A program made the translations under genes and the position numbers. A stretch of DNA of 64,000 bases, from assembly GCA_028826165.1 (NCBI GenBank), contig JAPDFW010000026.1, positions 5,761 through 69,760 of the forward strand. Reading direction: 5' to 3'. The stretch comes from Anaeramoeba ignava BMAN. Lineage: Eukaryota > Protista > Anaeramoebae. The notes under the pieces were generated by a model. It worked only from the letters and a program-made list of their open reading frames with translations. It had not been told where the DNA came from and made no database searches. This document shows positions 50,284 to 59,170 of the stretch, piece by piece (the stretch's first letter is position 1; the number at the start of each line of letters is the position of its first letter).

Positions 50284-52077
50284 ATGAATGAAATTTTATT
50301 TTTTGGTTATAATCGATTTCCAACTCTTTTCAAAAACAAACCAAATACAATAACAAAACCAATTCAATTTAAATTTGAAAATGAAAATGAAAATGAAAAT
50401 GAAAAACAAATTAAACAAATTTCAATCACAAAATTTTCAACAATTTTCCTTTTTAAAAATGGAAAAGCAATAGAATATTCCAGACAAAATATTGAAGAAA
50501 TCCAAATTGAAAATATTCAAAAAGTATCTGTTGGATCTGAAAATGAAGCTATTTTAACAAAAGAAGGAAATGTATTTGCCAAAGGAAAAGATATTAATTC
50601 AAATGATCCAAATGAATTTATCAATATTTCATCATTAATTGAAGATACAAATGATAGAATAATTCAAGATATTGTTTCTGGAGCTCAATCAATTTACTTA
50701 TTAACTTCAAATCAAAATGCTTATGGATTTGGTTCAAATGAATATGGTCAACTTGGTTTTGATTATGAAACACTTAATGAAACAAAAAAACCAATTTTAA
50801 TGATGAAAAATGTTTCTAAAATATTTTCAGGAAATTCTTCAAAACATGTTTTTCTTTTAAATTCAAATCAAGAATTATTTGGATGCGGAACAAATGAATG
50901 GGGTCAACTTGGATTAGGAGATACAGAAAGAGAATGGAAAATCCAAAAATTAACCAAAATCCAAAATATTCCAAAAGGCAAAATAATTGATATTCAATGT
51001 GGATATAATCATTCAATAATATTGATTGAAAATGAAAATCAAAATGAAAATCCAAAAAGAAAACTTTATTCATGTGGAGTTTATTATATTAATAGAACTG
51101 ATGACGAAGATGAAAATACTAATGAATTTACTGAAATCAAATCATCTTTATTCGAAAATGATTATATTATTGAAATTTCTGTTGGAAATGCACATGGTTT
51201 AATTTTAACATCCAAAGGGAAATTAATTGGATTTGGAGATAACGAATATGGTCAATTAGGAACTGGAGATACAGAAGATAAATTAATTCCAATTCAAATT
51301 GAACTTCCTAAATTAAGATTTAATGAAGATATTTCCAATTATCATATTTCTTGTGATAATTTTTATAAATCATTTCTTTATTATTCTCCTCCTTCTTTTT
51401 CCAATCTTGAAGAAGATTTGATAAAATTATTTAGAAGAAAAGAATTTTGTGATATTTCATTTAAAACCAAAAATGGAGAAATAATTGAAGCTCATAAATT
51501 AATATTGAAATATAGATTAAATCAAAATGAAAATGAAATTGAAAAACTTAAAGAAATTATTTCAAAAAAATCAATTAAAGAATCAAATCAAATATTTGAA
51601 ATGATTTATTCAAACAATTCCAAAATAAATCCAATTTTATATTCAGAAATTAAAGAAATTATAAATTCAAATGAAAAAATTGAAGAAACAATGAAAAGAA
51701 TTTATTTAAATGAAAATGAAAAAGATTTTATAATTGAAAGAAAAGAAAAACAATACAAATTTCCTAAACTAATATTAATAATGAGAAGTGAATTATATCG
51801 AGGAATGTTTTTATCTGTAACAAATGATACTTCTAATAAAGTTACAGATTATAGTGAATTAAGTAATAAATCATTTCAAATATTAGAATATTGGATTTAT
51901 TCAAATCAAATTAAAGATGAAATTCAAATTACACAAGAAATTATTGATGAAATTGAAACAGGAATTGATTATTTTCAATTAAATCAAACAAATCCAAATT
52001 TATTTGATTTATTAATTAACAAATTTAATAATCAAAATCAAAATCAAAATCAAAAAGAAAAATGTTTAATTTTTTAA
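50284..52077 (+). CDS. RCC1-BTB copy 3 with C-terminal CaaX motif (CLIF)
   Basis: 597-aa ORF paralogous to copies 1 and 2; ends QKEKCLIF*. Confidence 0.92.
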   Translation: MNEILFFGYNRFPTLFKNKPNTITKPIQFKFENENENENEKQIKQISITKFSTIFLFKNGKAIEYSRQNIEEIQIENIQKVSVGSENEAILTKEGNVFAKGKDINSNDPNEFINISSLIEDTNDRIIQDIVSGAQSIYLLTSNQNAYGFGSNEYGQLGFDYETLNETKKPILMMKNVSKIFSGNSSKHVFLLNSNQELFGCGTNEWGQLGLGDTEREWKIQKLTKIQNIPKGKIIDIQCGYNHSIILIENENQNENPKRKLYSCGVYYINRTDDEDENTNEFTEIKSSLFENDYIIEISVGNAHGLILTSKGKLIGFGDNEYGQLGTGDTEDKLIPIQIELPKLRFNEDISNYHISCDNFYKSFLYYSPPSFSNLEEDLIKLFRRKEFCDISFKTKNGEIIEAHKLILKYRLNQNENEIEKLKEIISKKSIKESNQIFEMIYSNNSKINPILYSEIKEIINSNEKIEETMKRIYLNENEKDFIIERKEKQYKFPKLILIMRSELYRGMFLSVTNDTSNKVTDYSELSNKSFQILEYWIYSNQIKDEIQITQEIIDEIETGIDYFQLNQTNPNLFDLLINKFNNQNQNQNQKEKCLIF

Positions 52078-52213
52078 AATTAAAATTAAAATTAAAATTA
52101 AAATTAAATTCAAAATCAAAATCAAAATTAAAAATTAAAATTAAAATTAAAATTAAAATTAAAATTAAAATTAAAATTAAAATTAAAAATTGTTTTCTTT
52201 TCTTTTCTTTGAT

Positions 52214-53559
52214 TTAAATTTTATTTCCTGCTCTTGCAATTGGGAAAATAATTTCAGAAAGTTCAAAAGGAAGAATTTTTTGAATAAAATCTTTAAGATC
52301 TTCTTCTTCTTTTTCTTCAGAAATAAATCTTTGATTTTTCATTAAAGAAAAAAAATGTAAATGAGAAATATAATCATTTTCATTTGATAATTGATGAATA
52401 TCATTTGATAATTGTTCAAAAAATAAAGGAGTTAATTTTAAAATTTGAATCATTGCATCTTCTTCAATTCTAAGTTTACAAAATTGTGAAAATATTTTTC
52501 TTGTTAAACTTCTTGGAAATTCAGGTTTTGAATGAATTTTTTGTCTTTTATGATTTTGATTTTGATTTTGATTTTGATTTTCATTTTCATTTTCATTTTG
52601 ATTTTGATTTTGATTTTTATTTTCATTTTGATTTTCATTTTGATTTTCATTATTTTCTAAATTTTCTTCAATTTTTCTTTTTGTTTGTATTTTTTCAAAT
52701 CTTTTTTTTAATGGATTTTTAAATGATAAAGTTTGTGATTTATTGAAATTCATTTTGTTAATAAATTTAGAAATATTTTCTTTTTTTTCAAATTGATTTT
52801 TTTGAATTGGATTAAAATTAAAAGGAATTCTAAGTTGATGAAGATCCAAAAATCTTTGAATATTTGAACTTTCTTGATTTGTAAATGATAATTGATATTG
52901 TTTTTTAGGTGAATTTATGATTTCTAATTCTTGAATATCATTTCTAAAAATAAATTAAAAATAAATTAAAAATAAATTAAAAATAAAATTATAAATATTT
53001 ACGAATCACTTTCAAGATTGAAATTATCTTCTCCATCAGAACTAAAATCTGAAGTATTTAAATTAAAATCAATATTTTCCACATTTTGAATTAGATTATT
53101 TTCATTTTCATTTTCATTTTCATTTTCATTTTCATTTTCATTTTCATTTTCATTTTCATTTTTAATTTCAATTTTTTTATTAGAAATTTGTCTAAAATTT
53201 GGATTTAAAGGATGTTTTGAAGTTTTAACTTTTTATTTGTTTGTTTGTTTAAAAGAAAAGAAAAGAAAAGAAAAGATTAAATTTAAAAAATTTAAAAAAT
53301 TTAATAAATAATATTTTTACTAGCTTTTGCTTGAATTATTTTTTGAATTAATGCTTTTGGTGTTTGAATAGGACTTGGTGTAAAATTTGTTGAAAAATTT
53401 TTATTATTTCTTTTATTTAATGAATTTAATTTATTATTTTGAATATTTTGAATTTTGAATATTTTGATTTTGATTTTGATTATTAATATTAATATTAGAA
53501 GGAGTTAAAATATTTGAAAGAGAACGAATTAAAGATCTTGGTGTTTTATAAACACTCAT
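52214..53559 (-). CDS. CENPT: Centromere protein T (CENP-T) homologue
   Basis: C-terminal histone fold plus extension FPRSLTRKIFSQFCKLRIEEDAM...FFEQLSNDI...LMKNQRFI...ILPFELSEIIFPIARAGNKI (cf. CENP-T LPLEYRQLLIPCAYSGN). N-terminal TPRSLIRSL and TPKALIQKII motifs. Introns 53320-53229 and 53002-52944; one indel near 53450. Confidence 0.8.
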
Positions 53560-53794
53560 TTTTTAATAATTATTATTATTAAAAAATAAAAAAATAAAAA
53601 ATAAAAAAATAATTTTAATTTTAATTTTAATTTTAATTTAATTTTTTTAACGGTTTTCTTTTCTTTTCTTTTCTTTTCTAATTTAAATAAAAAATAAAAA
53701 TAAAAAAGTGGAATAAAAATAAAGTGGAATTTTGAATTAAAAAATAAAGGATTTTATTATTAAAAGTAAAATAAAATTGAATTAAAAAGAAATT

Positions 53795-54816
53795 TTAATC
53801 TGAATTAGAATTAGAATTAGAATTTGAATTAGAATTTGAATTAGAATTAGATTTAGATTTTGATTTAGATTTAGAATTAGAATTAGAATTAGAATTAGAT
53901 TTAGAATTAGATTTAGATTTAGATTTAGATTTAGATTTAGATTTAGATTTAGATTTAGATTTAGATTTAGATTTAGAATTAGAATTAGAATTAGAATTAG
54001 ATTTAGAATTAGATTTGTTATCTTCTTTTGTTTCTATATCTTGATTTAAATTAGTTTGATTAATTTGAAAAGGAATTTTAATTCCAGTTTGTTTTGACAT
54101 CGAAGAAATTCTTTTATTAATTTCATTCTTTATTCTTTCAATTTCATTTTGAATTTCATTACTATTTTTTTCAAAAAGTTTTGCATTTTGATTTGGTTTT
54201 TTTTCTAAAGTTAATCTAATTTGATCCATTTTATCTTTAATTGATTTTTATTTAAATCTAAATCTAAATTTAAATCTTTTTTTTTTCTTCTTTGGTTTTA
54301 ATTGGATTTTTATGATGTTTTTAACATTAATTTCTTTTTATTCTTTTCATTCTTAATATTTTGTTGATGTTTTTTTGCTCCAATTTTATGTTTATGTTCT
54401 TTTTATCTAAATTTAAATTATTATTTGATTTTTTCTTCATTTTCTTCTTTTTATTCTTGAAGCTTTTCTTGGTTTAGGGATTCATTAAATCATTCAAACT
54501 AGTTTTTAAAATTTTTTTTCTTATGTTTATCTTCTTCAATTCTTTTTATTTTTCTTTTTTGATTTTTTATCTTTTTTGATTTGGATTTTTGTGATAAATT
54601 TTCTCCAATTTTTGAATATGTTTTTGGTTCTTGATTTTGATTAAATGATTGTGAATCAGGAAGTAATTCCATTGTTTGATGTATTATTAATCTTGCTTGT
54701 GTTAATGTTGATAAGTATATATTTGTTAATTCTTTAATTTTTTGTTTTAATTGCTCATTTTCTTTTTTTAATTCTAAATTTTGTTTTTTAATTTCTTCAT
54801 TTTCTTTTTGATTCAT
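53795..54816 (-). CDS. Hypothetical coiled-coil protein with SK/SN tail (ORFs 54499 and 53795 probably one gene broken by indels)
   Basis: Two collinear ORFs with coding-like K/N-rich sequence between them; Inr-like motif upstream at ~54862. Confidence 0.45.
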
Positions 54817-54908
54817 TTTTTTAATTATTATTTTAATTATTTTTATTTTTAAAAAGAAAAAAAATGAAAAAATTTTTTTTGCTTTTTTTATTTTTTTTAT
54901 TTTTGGAT

Positions 54909-57900
54909 TTAAAAATTTGATTTTAAATTATCAATATGATCTCTTAAAAAACTCCTTTCATTTAATTGATAAAAATCTTGAAGTTCTTCTAAATCATCAT
55001 AAATAGATTCTTTCATTCCATAATCAATTTCATCATAATATAAAAATTTAATAAAATAAGATAATGATTCATTTGATTTATCACTATAATCATTAACCCT
55101 ATTAGAATTATCATTAACACTAACAAACATTCCTCTAAAAAGTTCACTTCTTGCTTGTAAAATTAATTTATGAACTTTGATTTCTTTATCTTCACTTATT
55201 ATTATAAAATCTTTTCCATTTTTCATCTTCATATAATTTTTAAATCTTCAATTAATCCTTTTCTTTCCTTCTTTTTAATCCATTCTTCATTTTCTTCAAT
55301 TCCTTCGCAAATTCATTAATAATTTCATAATTTCTTTGATAATCATTTTCCTTAATTAATCCTGAATAAATAAATTTAAGAATAATTTCAATTTCAAATT
55401 TTCGTTTTTCTTTAAGAAATTAATTGCTTTTCAAATTTTGTTTCTCCAATTCTTGTTTGTAATATTAATTTATGAACTGGAATAACACAATCTTTCAATT
55501 TAATTTCATAATCACAAAATTCTCTCCTCTTTTAAATAATTTTCCAATATCTTCACAAACACTTTCAAATCTTTCAAAAATTCTTTTACTTCTTGATTAT
55601 AAATTTACAATCAACTGGTTTTTCATTCTTTTTATATTTTAATAATTTAATAATTTAATAATTTAATAATTTAATAATTTAAGAAAATTTACATACTAAA
55701 TAAATTATAAATAAATTAATAATTAAAATGATTATAATTTTTTAAATTTACATTCTTTTTTTTTAAATTTTTAATATTTAATAATAATATTTTTAATATT
55801 TTTAATTTTATACATTTTTAAATGAATTTCTGAACCAAATAAACATAACCAATAAATTGATTGTAAATTTTTATAATTTCTACAAGTAAAATGAAGTGGT
55901 GTATCTTTCTAATTAAATTTAAAAACAAGGGAAGATATTTTTTAAATTTATTTTTAAATTTTCTTTATTTTCTTTTACATCCTTTTATTAAAATAATAAT
56001 TAAAGATTAAATTTTCCCCTAATTTTATAAAAAGAAAAAAATTTTATAATTTTACTTTCTAAAAAAATTAATTATAAATTAAATTAAAAATAAAGATTTA
56101 ATTAATACATTAATAACATTTATCTTTGCTCCAATAGAAACAAGAAAATGAATAAAATTTGAATCTCCTAATAAACAAGCAAAATGAAGAGGTGTTTCTC
56201 CCTAATTTATTTTGAAAGAGAAAATATTATTTTCATTAAATAAAAATTAATAAAAATATTACCATCTAAAATATAAAAATAATAATAATAATAATAATAT
56301 AAAAATAAAATATTATTAAAATATTATTTACTTTCTAATATAAAAATAATAAAAAATTTAAATTAAAATTTTTTACAAAATTTAAAATACATTTTGACAA
56401 TTAATATCAGCTCCTGATTTAATTAATAATTCAACAATATTTTGTGAAGATCCTGATTTACAATATAAATGAAGTGGAAAATTTCCTAAATTTATTAATA
56501 ATTAATTTTTAATTTTAAAATTTTAAAATATAAAAGAAAAACAAACTCTCTAAATATAAATATAATAAATATATAATAATAAATATAAAAATAATTTTAA
56601 TATTTTTCTCTTTTTAAAAATTTTTGTTATAAATTTTATTACATTCTAATTTAAATTTCAAAATTAATTTATTAATAAATTTTTAAATTTTAATTTAAAT
56701 TTTTACATTTGGTTGATTAATTCCAATTTTATTTGAAACAAGAACTTCAATAAATTTTAAATCATTTTTTGATTTTCAAGTGCAAAAATGTAATGGAATA
56801 TTATCCTATTAAAATATTAAAATAAAATTTATTCTAATAATAATAATAATAAATTAAGTTTTATTTACAAACTATAAAATAATTTTAAATTCATTTTCTT
56901 TCTTTTAAATTAAAATAAAATGAATTACATTCTTTATTTTTATATTTAAATTAATATTTTAAATTTTAAAAATTTATTATTATTCAAAATACATCTTTTT
57001 CATCAATTTTTGCACCTGCTTTAATTAAACATAATACAATTTCATAAGATGATTTTTGACAAATTAAATGAAGAGGTGTAAATCCTTTTATTTTATAAAA
57101 TATTTCATTTTTAATTCTAAACAAAATTTTTATAATTTAATTAAATAAAAATTATAATATACTTTCTAATAAAAATTATAAATATTTCAATATTATTTCT
57201 AAAATGAAAATTTTTACATCCTAATCAAAAAATATTTAAAATTAAATTTTAATATATTTAAATTAAATTTATTTAATAAATACATCTTTTAAATTAACAT
57301 CAGCTTTTAGCTTCAATTAATAACTTTATAATCATAAAGAGATGGAGTTTTACCAAAACAGACATTATGTAATGGTGTTCTTTTTCATTATTAAATTCAT
57401 TATAAATTCATTATAAATTCATTTTTGGAAAAAATATATAAAATTATTACTCTCTATTTTTATTGGAATTAATTAATTTATTAATTTTACTTTTTCTTTT
57501 AAAAATATAAATCTTCAAACATCCTTTTATTTTTTAAATAATTAATTAGAAAAGAAAAAAATATTATTATTTTTAATATATAAAATTTTACATTTTGAAT
57601 ATTAACATCATTAGTTGATAAAATTAATAATTTAATTAATTCATCTGATAAATTAAAAGCACAAGCATTATAGTGATGTATTTTCCTAATAAAATAGTAA
57701 AATAAAATAAAATTTAATTTTATTTAATAAAATAATAATATAAAATGAAATAAAATACATCCTTTTATTTTATTTTTAAAAACAATTAAAATTAGTTTAT
57801 TTAAATATAAATTTTATATTTTTACTTTCTAAAAAGAAAAATTTTTAAATAAACATTTTCCAAAAATATAAAAAAAAAAAGATTTTTTCTTTTCAAAATT

Positions 57901-58921
57901 AAAAATACATCTTGTAAATTAGCATTTGCTCCAGATTTAATAAATTCAATTATATTTTATCTAATTTATTTTTACAAGCTGAATGAAGTGGTGAATCATT
58001 CTTTTTAATAATTAATTAATTAATAAATTAATAAATAAATTTATAATTTATTATAAATACTCACATATTTTTATATTTAATTTTAATTTTAATTTTAATT
58101 TTAATTTTAATTTTAATTTTAATATTTTACATCCTTTTTTATTGTTAAAATTAATTTTAATTTAATAAAAATTGTTTTTATAAATCTTAAATCAAACATC
58201 AAGAGAATTAACAATAGCTCCTGCTAATATTAATTTTCAAAAACAAATGGTGCTTTACTTTACAACAAAAATGTAATGGGTTGCATTCTTTTAATTGAAA
58301 AATTTTATTATATTTATTATTATTATTATTTTTGTAAAATATATAAAAATAAATTACATACTTTTTCATTTAAAAATATAATTTTAATTTTAATTTTTAA
58401 TTTTAATTTTATTTAATAAATTATTTTTAATACATTCTAAAATAAAAATTAAAAGGAAAAAGAAAATATTTTTAATTTTTAATATTTTTTTAATATTTTT
58501 TTAATACATTTTTGCATTTGGATCTGCTCCAATGAAATAAAATAATCAATAAACTTCAAATCTGCTCAAATTTACAAAATACATGAAGTGGTGTTTCATT
58601 CTAAATATAAATAATTTAATATTTAATTAAATAATTATTTTTATTAAAAATTATTTTTACATACTTTTTAAAAATAATATTAAAAAGAGAAAAAGTATGT
58701 AAAAAAAAACTCAATTTGCAATTTAAATTTTTATTTTAAAATAATTTTTAAATTGAATTTTTTACATTCTAAAAGTGTATTTATTTATTAATTTTAATAA
58801 ATAAAATTTATAATTTTTAATTTAAATTTTACATATCTTATTGAAATATTTTTCTTTTTGTAATATTATTTTTAATTTCTTTTAAATCTCCTTTTCTTAT
58901 TAATTGATTTAAATTTATCAT
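54909..58921 (-). CDS. Ankyrin-repeat (10 repeats) + tandem BTB protein encoded by ~34 exons including 22 single-codon microexons
   Basis: N-cap exon 58921-58833; ANK exons 58600-58508, 58287-58198, 58000-57909, 57685-57592, ~57385-57284, 57084-56993, 56805-56707, 56485-56391, 56201-56109 (clean 93 nt: GETPLHFACLLGDSNFIHFLVSIGAKINVIN), 55908-55814; terminal exon 55627-54909 with two BTB domains (VHKLILQTR, VHKLILQARSELFRGMF). Several 1-nt indels. Confidence 0.85.
55628..58832 (-). other. Array of paired 3-nt microexons (AG|NNN|GT) between ankyrin exons
   Basis: Plus-strand pattern ac-NNN-ct at 58766-8 (AAT), 58661-3 (TAT); 58434-6 (AAT), 58358-60 (TAT); 58131-3 (GAT), 58061-3 (degenerate); 57826-8 (AAA), 57759-61 (GAT); 57521-3 (GAT), 57451-3 (AGA); 57218-20 (GAT), 57163-5 (AAA); 56929-31 (AAT), 56869-71 (TTT); 56643-5 (AAT), 56547-9 (AGA); 56332-4 (AAA), 56263-5 (ATG); 56056-8 (AAA), 55979-81 (GAT); 55752-4 (AAT), 55693-5 (TAT). 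Confidence 0.88.
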
Positions 58922-59170
58922 AATTTTTGTTTGAAAAAAAATGAAAAAAATGAAAAAAAAAATTTAAATTAAAAATTTTTATTTTTTATTTATTTATAAA
59001 GGAAAATCCACTTTTTCTTTTCTTTTCTTCTTCTTATTAAAATTTCTCAAATAAAATCAAAATAAATTCATATTGGATTTTATTAAATTTTATTAAATTT
59101 TTATTAAATTTAATTGAATTTTATTAAATTTTTATTAAATTTAATTGAATTTTATTAAATTTTTTGGAAA

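Noticed and set aside
57489-57497. Additional 5-nt microexon candidate (AG-AAAAA-GT)
   Set aside because: Would need a 25-nt intron and break frame; that junction already has two regular 3-nt microexons.
55628-58832. Reading each inter-ankyrin gap as one ~200-nt intron
   Set aside because: Would shorten every repeat by the two hairpin residues and leave the twice-per-gap AG-NNN-GT motifs unexplained; it remains the null model until cDNA is checked.
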